Assembly (NCBI GenBank): GCA_963848845.1
Contig: CAWKFH010000003.1
Span: 257,471 to 321,470 of the forward strand
Direction: 5' to 3'
Length of the DNA: 64,000 bases
From: an uncultured Actinomycetota bacterium
GTDB lineage: Bacteria; Actinomycetota; Actinomycetes; Propionibacteriales; Propionibacteriaceae
This document shows positions 36,797-47,579 of the stretch, piece after piece (within the stretch, counting starts at the first letter, position 1; every line of letters starts with the position of its first letter). A program made the position numbers and the translations under genes. The notes beneath the pieces are model-generated. The model saw nothing but the letters and a program-made list of their open reading frames with translations, made no database searches and was not told the origin of the DNA.

Positions 36797-36871
36797 CCCT
36801 CCACCCCACCCCACCCCACCCATCCTGCGCAAAGTGGACGGAAACCGCCGACAGCGGCGGTTTCCGTCCAC
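36797..36871. repeat. REP-like intergenic element: (CCCCA)n tract plus a 17-bp perfect hairpin. It also serves as a bidirectional terminator candidate between convergent genes.
   Basis: CCTCCACCCCACCCCACCCCACCCAT...GCAAA-GTGGACGGAAACCGCCG-acag-CGGCGGTTTCCGTCCAC. A related inverted copy lies at 54864-54932. Confidence 0.6.
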
Positions 36872-36920
36872 CTTGTAGCCACCGAGGTCGCGTACCCACG
36901 TGGCGCTTGAGCGGAGCGCG

Positions 36921-38585
<1,665 letters not shown>

Positions 38586-38724
38586 GACACTCCTTTGCTA
38601 GCAGTCGCCATCTTCCCACAGCAGCACCGGCCAGATTGCACGGAACGCGTATCCGGGCGGCCGCATGGGTACCATCGAGGTGGCTGACGAAGATGTCGGT
38701 CGACGCCCACCCAGCGGAGGTCAC

Positions 38725-39627
38725 ATGTTCGGCCAGCCCCGGTTTGCTGCCATGAATGCGCACATCAACAGCGTCTTCGAGAAGCAACGGGTCCTGATCT
38801 CCGCACACCGGGGCAGCGGCGGTGGCAGCGTCGCGGTGAACACGACGCTCGGGATCAAGGCGGCCGTCCTGCACGGGGCCGACGTCGTCGAGATCGACGT
38901 CACGGCGTCCCGCGACGGCGAGTACTACTGCTTCCATGACGGGTGCGAACCCGAGCTGCTGGGCATCGAGACGAACCTGCAGAACTTCACAGCCGCTGAG
39001 ATCGACAAGCAGTCCTACATCTGGGTCGAGAGGCCCGGACGCCCGGCGAAGGTGGAGCGGCTGCTGCCCCTGCTGCGCGGTTTCCGCGAGACCGACACGC
39101 TGTTCAACATCGACCGGTCATGGTGGCGCTGGCCGAACCTGCTGAAGGCGCTGGACGGGCTCTACATGGCCCACCAGATCCTGATGAAGTGCCCGGCGTG
39201 GGAGGAGGCGGCGCTGGAGCGGCTGCGCGAGTTCGACGTGAAGTTCCCGTTCGTGCCGATCTGCGCCACCCCTGAGGACGTGCTCCGCACGGTGAACGAC
39301 CCGAAGCTGAACACCATCGGAGTGGAACTGATCACCAATTTCCGGGAGCACGCGTGGTTCAGCCCGGCGGTGATCCAGTCCTGCCACGAGCAGGGGGTGT
39401 TCGTGTTCGTCAACACCGTCACCCTCCCCACGGGCGTCCCGCTGTTCGGTGGCCTGGATGACGAGCTGGCGATCAGCGAATCCCCTGACCTTGCCTACGG
39501 CCCCGTCTTCGACCTCGGCGTGGATGCGGTCCAGACCGACTGGCCGGCGCTGGTTCGCGACTACCGCAGCCGACGCCTGGCCTCCCGGGGCGCGCAGCTG
39601 GTCTCGGAAACGACGGCGTCGTCCTAG
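38725..39627 (+). CDS. Glycerophosphodiester phosphodiesterase-family protein (300 aa)
   Basis: ATG 38725 lies 4 nt after GGAGG. Contains ISAHRGSGGG and VVEIDVTASRDGEYYCFHD (the GDPD HR...E-x-D pattern). Confidence 0.7.
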   Translation: MFGQPRFAAMNAHINSVFEKQRVLISAHRGSGGGSVAVNTTLGIKAAVLHGADVVEIDVTASRDGEYYCFHDGCEPELLGIETNLQNFTAAEIDKQSYIWVERPGRPAKVERLLPLLRGFRETDTLFNIDRSWWRWPNLLKALDGLYMAHQILMKCPAWEEAALERLREFDVKFPFVPICATPEDVLRTVNDPKLNTIGVELITNFREHAWFSPAVIQSCHEQGVFVFVNTVTLPTGVPLFGGLDDELAISESPDLAYGPVFDLGVDAVQTDWPALVRDYRSRRLASRGAQLVSETTASS

Positions 39628-39679
39628 GCAGCGGAACCCTGGCCAGGGAGGGCGCCAACACCAGCAGCACGCGGCCGGA

Positions 39680-41446
39680 CTAGGGAGCGGGGACGGCCGG
39701 TGGCCCGACCGCGACCTGCGGCCCCGCAACAGCGTCGGCGGACGGCGTCCAGCTTTCGGAGGGTCGCAGCAGCAGCCACAGCCCGGTGACCAGCCCGGCA
39801 ACATAAAGGGGATCGCCGAGGACGGTGTCGCCGAGTTCACCCCACTGTGACGGATCGACGTCGGTGCCGGTGGCCCTGGCGAGGGCAACGTAAGCGACCC
39901 CGGTGGTGGCGAGAAGGGTGTTGGCAAGGAACAGCAGGACCCGGGTCGACTGCGGATACTTCGGCGACGAGACGTAGGTGACCTGGGCCTCGGTGAACAC
40001 CCGCCACGCCAGGCCGAAGATGAGCAGCAACGAAGGGGTGAGCGCCAGCAGGACGCCGGCCGGGTTCTCGAGGGCGTTGCGGTGCGGATACAGCACGGCG
40101 AGCAGCAACACCGTCATCACCCCGGTGGCCCGGCCGCGGTCGAGCCGTCGGGTTGCGGCGAGCACGGCGGCCGCGACCAGCGCGACCACGGCAGCCAGCA
40201 GGCCCAAGGCGGTGGTGGTGCGGTCCTGGAGGAAGGTGAGCGCCGGGGCGACGCCGACCGCGTCGGCGAGGGCAAGGATCGCGAAGCTGCCGAGCGCCAC
40301 GGCCTCGGCCAGCCGTTCGCTGCCAGCCAGCCGCCAGGCCAGCACAAGGGTCACCGTGCCGAGCGCCAGGCGCCACAGCAAGGCCGGGCTGTTGTCGTTG
40401 AAGGCGAACCACGCGGTGTTGAGCGCGTCCACCAGGCCGGTCTGCCCGAGCAGCTGGAAGATCCCGCGCAGGATGATCACGGGAAGGGTGAGCGCCACGA
40501 CGGCAGCCACGGCCGCGGCCAGCGGGTACAGCCAGCGTCCCCACACCTCGGGATAGGTCGCGGGGGGCGGCGGTGCGGGCACCCGGGCACGGCGGACCAG
40601 CACCGCGAGCGTGATCACCACCAGGGCGAGGACGACCGCGCTGGCGCCGATCGCCGGCCAATTCAGTTCGCGGCTCCCGGCGGCCAGGAAGGTGGCGATC
40701 GCCAGCCAGGCGACCGTGATGCCGAAGCCCGTCCAGAACAATCCCCGGCCCATCGGACGGTTGGCGGTGGCCTGGGCACCTGTCACCACGATCTGCGCCG
40801 GGGCGGAGCCGGCCACCATCACCGCTGGCAGGATCAGCGCCTGCAGGCTCACCAGGGCACCCTGCAGCGCGGTCGGGCGCAGGTCGAGTCCGAAGTCCAG
40901 CCCGGCGGCCGGCATCGACCACGGCGCAAGGGTGGCCACCGTCAGCAGTCCGGCGACCACCAGGAACTCCCACCACGCGTAGCCGCGGAACGAGCGGGCG
41001 ATCGTGAAGCCGACCAGGCCAAGGTAGGCGAGCGCGGAAGTCGCCAGCAGTGCCGGATTGGTCCAGGCCTGGGCGGAGAAGAAGACCACCGCTGCTGCGC
41101 CGATCAGCAGCAGGGTGACCCGCAGCCACCAGGACGAGTGCAGGGCTGCGGTGCCCGCCATGGCGAAGGAGAGGATCACCCCGGTCAGCAGCACCGGCAG
41201 GGCCACCTGCGGGACGCCGTCGGTCACGTTCGGACTCACCGCCAGGTCGCCGTTCTGCCGCAGCGGGGTGGCGAACAGGATGGCAAGGGTGAGCAGTCCG
41301 AAGACGACGGCGGTGGCTGTGCCTACCTCCCGCAGTCCGCGTGGCCACGCCGAGGGGTGTGGGCGGCCTTCCCGCACCGGGGCGACGAAAGTGATCCGCA
41401 GCACATCGCTGACCGCGGCAAGGAGCTCTGCCAGCACCGGTCTCAT
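39680..41446 (-). CDS. Large polytopic membrane protein, function unknown (588 aa), translationally coupled to the upstream beta-propeller gene
   Basis: Start ATG 41446 shares an ATGA overlap with the stop of 41443..43197. There are about 14 hydrophobic helices. The upstream 37 codons of the listed ORF are Arg/Gly junk. Confidence 0.65.
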   Translation of the reverse strand: MRPVLAELLAAVSDVLRITFVAPVREGRPHPSAWPRGLREVGTATAVVFGLLTLAILFATPLRQNGDLAVSPNVTDGVPQVALPVLLTGVILSFAMAGTAALHSSWWLRVTLLLIGAAAVVFFSAQAWTNPALLATSALAYLGLVGFTIARSFRGYAWWEFLVVAGLLTVATLAPWSMPAAGLDFGLDLRPTALQGALVSLQALILPAVMVAGSAPAQIVVTGAQATANRPMGRGLFWTGFGITVAWLAIATFLAAGSRELNWPAIGASAVVLALVVITLAVLVRRARVPAPPPPATYPEVWGRWLYPLAAAVAAVVALTLPVIILRGIFQLLGQTGLVDALNTAWFAFNDNSPALLWRLALGTVTLVLAWRLAGSERLAEAVALGSFAILALADAVGVAPALTFLQDRTTTALGLLAAVVALVAAAVLAATRRLDRGRATGVMTVLLLAVLYPHRNALENPAGVLLALTPSLLLIFGLAWRVFTEAQVTYVSSPKYPQSTRVLLFLANTLLATTGVAYVALARATGTDVDPSQWGELGDTVLGDPLYVAGLVTGLWLLLRPSESWTPSADAVAGPQVAVGPPAVPAP

Positions 41447-43197
41447 CGGGCCACCACGCCCAGCATCACACCGTTCGGACCGTGTACCAGCACCCGGCCG
41501 TGGGCGGCCACCAGATAGGCGCTGCCCGAGGACGGGTCGCCGATCGCCACCGGCCATTCGGTGACCTGGTTGCCGTCACCGTCCAGGAGCACCAACCGGT
41601 CGGCGCCGAGGAGCAGCAGCCGGCCACCCCCGCCGATCCCGGCGAAGGTCCGCGGTCCGCGCCAGGACCAGATGCGCTGACCGGTCCCGGGGTCGAGGCC
41701 GACGGTTTCGTCCTCGTCGCGGAGCACCACCACCCGGTCGAGGGCGATCACGTCCTGGGTGGTGAGCCGGTGGCGCAGCGTCCAGCGTTGGCTGCCGTCG
41801 GCGAGCGACAAGCCGCTGACCCTTGGCCCGTCGGAGTTCGGGATCACCACGACCGGGTCGGGACCGGCGCTGACAGCGAGGTCCTCAACCCGGCCGACCC
41901 GGGTGCTCCAAAGCTGGTTGCCCGGGGCGTCGAAGCAGGTCAGCTGGCCGCCCTGGTCCACGACCAGCACCCGCTCGCCGGCCACCAGCGGCGGGACGCG
42001 TACCTCGATCCCCAGCTGCTGCTGCCAGCGTCGGTCGCCGGTGGCGAGGTCGTAGCCGGTGACACTCCCGTCGAGGGTTGCTACCACCACCAGGTCGCCG
42101 AGGCGGGCCGGGCGCACCACAGCGAGGTCGGGCAGCCGCACCTCCCAGAGCCACTCCCCGGCCGGCCCGTACGCCACCAGTTGGCGATTGACGTTGGCCA
42201 CCACCGTGGTGGTGCCGAAGGTGGCGGCTGCGGTGTTCCGAACGCCGGGCCGCGCCCGCCAGACCGCAGGTGGCGGGTCGACCGCTGTGGCCAGGGCGAT
42301 CACATCGGGCACCACCTGGTTGGCGTAGACGACGGTGCCGTCGGCCAGGATCCCCGGAGCCGAGACCGGGCTGACCAGGGTGGTTCCCACGCCCAACTGG
42401 TTCACCTTGCGCGCGGTGAAGCTGAGCCGGTCGGCGCCGGACCAGTCGAACGGCGCTTCGGGGGTGACCCTGGCCGCCAATGGGTCGGTTGGCTGCCAGC
42501 GTCCGGCATCGGTGGCGAAGCCGGTGATACCGGCGTGCCGGCACCAGGTGCGCTCGCTGCTGGCCGGCTGGTTGTCGCCGATCTGTTCGCGCATGGTGAC
42601 CACCAGGCAGCCGCGGACCGTTAGTGCCCGGTCGCCGGCGGCTGTCGCGGAGAACTCGGCGCGGTAGCCGGCGGTGTCCGTTGCCCCTCCGGCGTCGGTC
42701 ACCAGCACGGCACCCTCGGAGGTCCAGCTGCGGCCGGCAGCGAGGTTGTCGGGCAGGTCGAGCCGTCCCGGTGCATAGACCAGGCTGGTGTCGTCGAACC
42801 CGCTGACCACTTCGGCGCGGACCCCGTCGCTGCCGATGCTGAACAGGTCGTCACTGCGGCCGCTGACCTGCCCCGCGCCGGTGAGCCGGACCGTGCTGAG
42901 CCGGGCCAACCCGGCGGTCGCCCAATCCAGCTTGGTCAGCGACAGCCAGGTGAAGAACTGGCCGGGGCCCGAACCGATCAGGGTGGCGGCCTGCCCGATC
43001 GCCCATTCGCTGGCTTCGACCCCGTCCGGACCGGCGAAGCGTTGGCGGTGGCCGTCCGCCGGGAGCCAGCCGGCTCCGCCCGTGTCGGCGGTGGTCACCG
43101 GGCGACCGAGTGCCGCCGTCAGGACCAGCAGGGAGACCAGGATCAGCCCGACGCCGATCACCGGAGCGCGGATCCGTCTCGGTTCGGTGGATTCCAC
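41443..43197 (-). CDS. N-terminally anchored extracytoplasmic protein with PQQ-like (BamB-like) beta-propeller repeats, 584 aa
   Basis: GTG start. The TM helix is VIGVGLILVSLLVLTAAL. The C-terminal half repeats the pattern G-x-V/L-x-A-x-D-x-x-T/G-G-x-x-x-W (LDGSVTGYDLATGDRRWQ, QGGQLTCFDAPGNQLWS, LADGSQRWT, DPGTGQRIWS). Confidence 0.7.
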   Translation of the reverse strand: MESTEPRRIRAPVIGVGLILVSLLVLTAALGRPVTTADTGGAGWLPADGHRQRFAGPDGVEASEWAIGQAATLIGSGPGQFFTWLSLTKLDWATAGLARLSTVRLTGAGQVSGRSDDLFSIGSDGVRAEVVSGFDDTSLVYAPGRLDLPDNLAAGRSWTSEGAVLVTDAGGATDTAGYRAEFSATAAGDRALTVRGCLVVTMREQIGDNQPASSERTWCRHAGITGFATDAGRWQPTDPLAARVTPEAPFDWSGADRLSFTARKVNQLGVGTTLVSPVSAPGILADGTVVYANQVVPDVIALATAVDPPPAVWRARPGVRNTAAATFGTTTVVANVNRQLVAYGPAGEWLWEVRLPDLAVVRPARLGDLVVVATLDGSVTGYDLATGDRRWQQQLGIEVRVPPLVAGERVLVVDQGGQLTCFDAPGNQLWSTRVGRVEDLAVSAGPDPVVVIPNSDGPRVSGLSLADGSQRWTLRHRLTTQDVIALDRVVVLRDEDETVGLDPGTGQRIWSWRGPRTFAGIGGGGRLLLLGADRLVLLDGDGNQVTEWPVAIGDPSSGSAYLVAAHGRVLVHGPNGVMLGVVAR

Positions 43198-43404
43198 CCG
43201 CGCACCCTATCGAGCAGCGAGCACCAGCGCGAGGGCTTGGCGGAGTCGTCCCGCCTCGCCGCCGCCATTCTCAAGATCAGTCCAAACGAGACAGGTAGTT
43301 TGCTATTGGGGCATTTACTTGAGGGTGGAACAAACGCATATCGAATGGCAGCTCGATCGAAGGCCAGCTTTTCATCCTGGTCCTCTGGACTCAGCCCGCT
43401 CTCC

Positions 43405-44406
43405 TCATCGCCCCATCACATCCCGCACCGCCCGTACCACGTCCTCGGCATACTCCTCCGCATTCACAATCGAGGCATGGTTGGCTCCGGATACCATGCG
43501 GAATTCCCCGCGGGTGGAGAGGGTGGCCGAGCGGCGGTTGAACTCCGTCCAGGACCGGCGGTAGGCGTCGTCGGGCTGGTCGGCGTTGAGCACGATCAGG
43601 GGCAGGTCACCGAGGCTGGTCACGGCGCGCAGCTCGGCTGAGGTCCCGGGCATGCCGGCGCTGACGTCCAGCAGCAGGTTCCAGAAGCCGTTCTTCTGGC
43701 GCATGGCGCGGTAGGCAGCCGCCTGTTCCGCTGGCAGGTCGCCGGTGGTGATGCCGTCGACGCCAAGGCTGTCGCTCAGGCGCATCACGCCGACGGGCGC
43801 GAGCGCCGCCGCGATCTGCATGAATGAGTCATCCTGATTGGTGGAGAGCTCTGCGGGCAGGTCCGGTGTGTCGTAGATGCCCGGATCCACCAGCACCAGC
43901 CCGGCCGCCTGCCCAGCATTGCGGTCGGCGAACAGCAGCATCACGTCCGCGCCGTAGGAGTGCCCCACCAGAACGTAGGGTCCGCCGATGCCGGCGTTTA
44001 CCAGTGCTGTGTGCAGCTCGTCTGCCGATCGCCCCGCCGTGCGCGGCAGCGGTCCCGGTTCCGACCAGGCAAAGCCGGCCCGGTCGTAGGCGCACACGCG
44101 GTTGGTTCTGGAGAGCTCGGGCTGGACCAACGCCCACTCGGCGGAGTTTCCGTCCCCCAGATGGTCGAGGATCACCGTTGGACTGCCCTCGCCGGTGCAG
44201 TAGAGGTGCAAGCTGTGCCCGCCCACATCCACCAGTTCCCCAGGCGGCGGGAAACGCCGCACATCGGCGCTGTTCCCGACCTGCTGGTAGACGGCGCCGG
44301 CCCCCAGCATCGCGATCAGCAGGAGGATCAGCGCCAGCGAGGCGCGCGCCAGCCAGAACAGGAAGCCACGCCGGTGGGTGTTTCGCACGGGCCCACTCGA
44401 TGCCAT
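43405..44406 (-). CDS. Membrane-anchored alpha/beta-fold hydrolase, 333 aa
   Basis: Start ATG 44406 (MASSGPVRNTHRRGFLFWLARASLALILLLIAML). Contains the nucleophile elbow VLVGHSYGAD and VILDHLGDGNS. Confidence 0.75.
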   Translation of the reverse strand: MASSGPVRNTHRRGFLFWLARASLALILLLIAMLGAGAVYQQVGNSADVRRFPPPGELVDVGGHSLHLYCTGEGSPTVILDHLGDGNSAEWALVQPELSRTNRVCAYDRAGFAWSEPGPLPRTAGRSADELHTALVNAGIGGPYVLVGHSYGADVMLLFADRNAGQAAGLVLVDPGIYDTPDLPAELSTNQDDSFMQIAAALAPVGVMRLSDSLGVDGITTGDLPAEQAAAYRAMRQKNGFWNLLLDVSAGMPGTSAELRAVTSLGDLPLIVLNADQPDDAYRRSWTEFNRRSATLSTRGEFRMVSGANHASIVNAEEYAEDVVRAVRDVMGR

Positions 44407-44757
44407 GCTGCGCTCCACAGGAAGAGGTTGTCTGGGCAATTGGCATGGACAGTAACAGTCCCCCGGGAGGCCCACATCCCCGGCTGCTAGAAGTGCGTAC
44501 GGCCTTCAATGATTGGCAGAAGGGACCCCGTATTCGGTTTCGCGGGAACGGGAAAGGGCGGGATGGTTCTTTCGAATGCCTGGATCCACGTCCTGCTGCG
44601 CTATGTGGAAACGTTGCTGGGGAAGTGGCAAGACTCCGCCGGCGGAGGGCGAGCCAGAAGAAACGGCGTGCGAACAGCACAAGGGATTCGCGATCCTCTT
44701 CCAGATGGAAGAGGGCCGGATGACCCCGCCACGGGTTCACCAGCATCGAGCAACGAC

Positions 44758-46521
44758 TCAGGCCCGGCGAGCGCGCGGCCGGCCCTCGATGACCTGCTGG
44801 CAGAGCTCGACAGTCTCCGGCAGCAGGTCGAACCCGAGCATCCGGGCCTGGCGGGTCACCTGGTTGACGAGGCGCTCGACGTCGACTCGATTGCCGGCGC
44901 GATGCTCGGTGCGGATGCGGGCGCAGAGTAGTTGCTCGTCCTCCGCTGCCACCACCAGTGCCCGGGCGGCGGCCCACCGGGCCAGGTCGACATCTCCCCT
45001 CGCCAGCGCCCGCTCGGTGAGGATCAGCCCGACGTCGCGCAGGGCGCTGGCGATGTCCGTCCGCAGCTCCTCGGCCCAGTGCCACTGGCCGGGTGCAGCA
45101 TCGGCCAGTGGTGCACCCCGGACGAGTTCGAGGGCGGCCACCAGGGTGCTGTCGCCGACGCGATCGATCCCGGGGGACAACAGGAGCTGGACTCGCTGCC
45201 AATCCGAGGTCACCCCCGGATGCAGCAGGATCCGCCCGGAGTAGGCGTCGGGCAGGTAGGCCTGGCCGACCGGATCGTCGCCGAGCCAGTTCCGCAGCCG
45301 GCTCAGGTTCGATCGGCGCGTGCCCTCGGCCACTGCCAGCCCCGACGCCATGGCCGTAGCCGTGCGGCCGGGGTGCTCCAGCAGCCAGGCGCAGAGCTCG
45401 ATCAGCTGCTGCCGGGAGCGGCTCGGCTCGGGACCGGTGGCCCCGCGCAGGTCAGTGGGGCCGATCAGCAGCACCTGCGGGTGGGGTGTGGCCGCGACAA
45501 GTCTGACGACGTCCACTGGTTCATCTCCTCGGCGTGCGATCTGGGGCAGGGCAACGACGTTGCCGTCGTCCCCGCTCCACCACGGAGCGGGTGTGGTGGT
45601 GGGGTTGTCGGCGAAGCGGAACAGGGCGGCGACCCCCGCCCGGGCGGCTTCCGGGATGCCGTGCGCCCGCAGTTGCCCAGGCCGGCCGGCCAGTTGCCCT
45701 GCCGGTGCGTATGGGTCGCCGGTGACGGTCCACTGGACCACGGCGGGGGCAGGTGTTGGCAGGATCGCAGCGACCCCCGCAGCCGTTCCGCGGAGCACCC
45801 GGTCCAGTTCCTCGGCCGCTTCCGGAGGCACGTCGCCCGTGAACAGGAAGACCACCGGCGCGACTGCGTCGGCGCGGTCCGGATCGGTCCGCAACGCTGA
45901 CAGCTCTTCCTGGCCGAGGGCTGCCCGGCGTTGGCCGACCAACAGGTGGAGCTGGGCGATCGCGTCCTCGACCCGGGGCTGCCGCTGCACCCGGTCTCCG
46001 CCGGCCAGGGCGATCAGCTCCGCACCCTCGCCGACGACCACCAGCCGTGTTTCCTGTGACCAGGGCGCACAGGCAAGTTCCACTCCGATCGCGGCGAGGG
46101 TCGCGTTGCCCAACTCGACCTCTTCGGCCGCCACGCCGAGGACTCGGGAGCGCTCGGCGTCCACCAGAACAAGGTCTCCGGAAGCCGTGCTGCCCAGGCT
46201 CACGACCGCTGGGTAGGGGCATGGGTGCGCACTCGCGACGGGTTCGGACCATTGGTCGGCAGGGAGGGTCCAGCTGTCCGGGCTGGCGGTGAATCCGGCT
46301 GGTCGCGACCCGCTGGGGCCGGCCCAGTGAAAGGTGATCCCATCCTCGGCCACCTCGATCCGCTCGAGTTCCGGCAGCGCGATCCCGGCGTCGAAGCAGT
46401 GTTGACCGATCGTCCGAAGCGCAGCGTCCAGGGCGGCCAACCGGTCCGGACGCTGCCGGATCCCCATGGCTGCGCGGAGCCGGGCCGCCTGGTCCTCGGG
46501 CGGGATCAGCCGCCGGCCCAC
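44758..46521 (-). CDS. SARP-like regulator module (winged-helix plus BTAD domain). It is probably the C-terminal part of a LysM-TM-SARP fusion, because sense continues upstream to 46770 without a start codon.
   Basis: The C-terminal half reads QVLLIGPTDLRG...QQLIELCAWLLEHPGRTATAMASGL...RSNLSRLRNWLG...GRILLHPGVTSDW (OmpR/SARP-type wHTH pattern). It is followed by a helical BTAD-like region (STLVAALELVRGAPLAD...WAAARALVVAAEDEQLLCARIRTEHRAGNRVDVERLV). The first start in frame is GTG 46521. Confidence 0.7.
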   Translation of the reverse strand: MGRRLIPPEDQAARLRAAMGIRQRPDRLAALDAALRTIGQHCFDAGIALPELERIEVAEDGITFHWAGPSGSRPAGFTASPDSWTLPADQWSEPVASAHPCPYPAVVSLGSTASGDLVLVDAERSRVLGVAAEEVELGNATLAAIGVELACAPWSQETRLVVVGEGAELIALAGGDRVQRQPRVEDAIAQLHLLVGQRRAALGQEELSALRTDPDRADAVAPVVFLFTGDVPPEAAEELDRVLRGTAAGVAAILPTPAPAVVQWTVTGDPYAPAGQLAGRPGQLRAHGIPEAARAGVAALFRFADNPTTTPAPWWSGDDGNVVALPQIARRGDEPVDVVRLVAATPHPQVLLIGPTDLRGATGPEPSRSRQQLIELCAWLLEHPGRTATAMASGLAVAEGTRRSNLSRLRNWLGDDPVGQAYLPDAYSGRILLHPGVTSDWQRVQLLLSPGIDRVGDSTLVAALELVRGAPLADAAPGQWHWAEELRTDIASALRDVGLILTERALARGDVDLARWAAARALVVAAEDEQLLCARIRTEHRAGNRVDVERLVNQVTRQARMLGFDLLPETVELCQQVIEGRPRARRA

Positions 46522-47579
46522 CGGACGCTCGCGGAGCCGCAGGAAACGCCGGGCCTCGAGCGTCCCGATGATGGCGGCGGCAGCCAGCGTCCCGAGGGTC
46601 CCGAGCAGCGGAGCGAGGGGGGCCGCCGGCTCCTCAGCAACCCCCTCGGCGGCGGGCGATGCCTCGGCCGGGGGGGCCGTGGAGGCGCGTCCGGGTTCGG
46701 TGGCCGCCTGCTGATCGACCGGGGCGTCTCGGGAGGCGGTTCCGGTTCCGTGGCGAGCGTCGGCTCGGCTTCAGGGCGGTCGGGGTCCGGCCGGGAGCTG
46801 CGCGGAGCCTTCCCGGCGCCCGGGACTACCAGGCTCCAGCCGACCTCGATGTGATCGGGATCCCGGATCAGGTCGTCGTTGGCTGCGGCGATGCTTGGCC
46901 AGCGGCCAGCCGCGCCCAGGTGTTCGAGGGCGAGGCCCGAGAGCGTGTCGCCGGGCACGACCCGGACCCGAAGCGGCTCCTTGCCCCGCCCGGCCGGCAG
47001 CGCCAGCCTTGAGCCCGGCGTCAGGGGTCTCGATGGGTCGCCCAGCTCCACGGGGTTCGCTGCCGCGAGCTCCCGCCAGCGGCCACCGTCCCCAAGTAGT
47101 CGCTCGCTCACCGTCCAGAGATCGTCGCCGGGAGCAACGAGATACGTTCCCCGGCCAGGTTCGGCCAACTCGACGCGGGCCTCGGGCTCCGCAGCCAGAC
47201 CCGGGGGAGCCGGCTCCAGCGCCACCACCCTCGCCTGGTCCGGCGTCACATCCGCTGACCGTGCCGGGGCAAGGGCAAGGACGGCGAGCAGCAGGGCCGT
47301 GCTCACCTGCTGCAGGCCACCGAGCAGTGGAATCCGGAACCGCAACCTCCCGGCAGTGAGCAGCCGGACGGCTTCCACAACGATCGACGCGGTGAAGGCC
47401 GACCACGCGAGCCAGCCGACCGCGGTCAGGCCGACCAGCAGTACCGTCCCGTCGTCGGGGCGGGCCAGGGCCGCCGGCCACCCCTCGGGCGCCCGGCCCC
47501 AGGCGACCAGGGCGAGCGGGGCGCCCACCAGCATCACGACGAGGGCGGCCAAGGCACTCAGGCCACGAAGCCAGCGCAT
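46506..47579 (-). CDS. Membrane protein with two LysM peptidoglycan-binding domains and a Pro-rich linker. The last ~70 codons look out of frame.
   Basis: ATG 47579 has a 1-nt overlap with the upstream stop. Three TM helices are present. The LysM-like segments are YLVAPGDDLWTVSERLLGDGGRWRELAAANP and VRVVPGDTLSGLALEHLGAAGRWPSIAAAND. After ...EPEPPPETP the translation becomes Arg/Pro junk. Confidence 0.7.
   Translation of the reverse strand: MRWLRGLSALAALVVMLVGAPLALVAWGRAPEGWPAALARPDDGTVLLVGLTAVGWLAWSAFTASIVVEAVRLLTAGRLRFRIPLLGGLQQVSTALLLAVLALAPARSADVTPDQARVVALEPAPPGLAAEPEARVELAEPGRGTYLVAPGDDLWTVSERLLGDGGRWRELAAANPVELGDPSRPLTPGSRLALPAGRGKEPLRVRVVPGDTLSGLALEHLGAAGRWPSIAAANDDLIRDPDHIEVGWSLVVPGAGKAPRSSRPDPDRPEAEPTLATEPEPPPETPRSISRRPPNPDAPPRPPRPRHRPPPRGLLRSRRPPSLRCSGPSGRWLPPPSSGRSRPGVSCGSASVRWAGG

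Noticed and set aside
44476-44757. A lower-GC 280-bp gap with the ORFs 44509..44931 and 44513..45244, considered as a small gene or sRNA
   Set aside because: Both ORFs run antisense into the SARP/BTAD gene and have no RBS or motifs. No convincing structure or conserved element could be seen. The gap is probably just the promoter region of the hydrolase gene.
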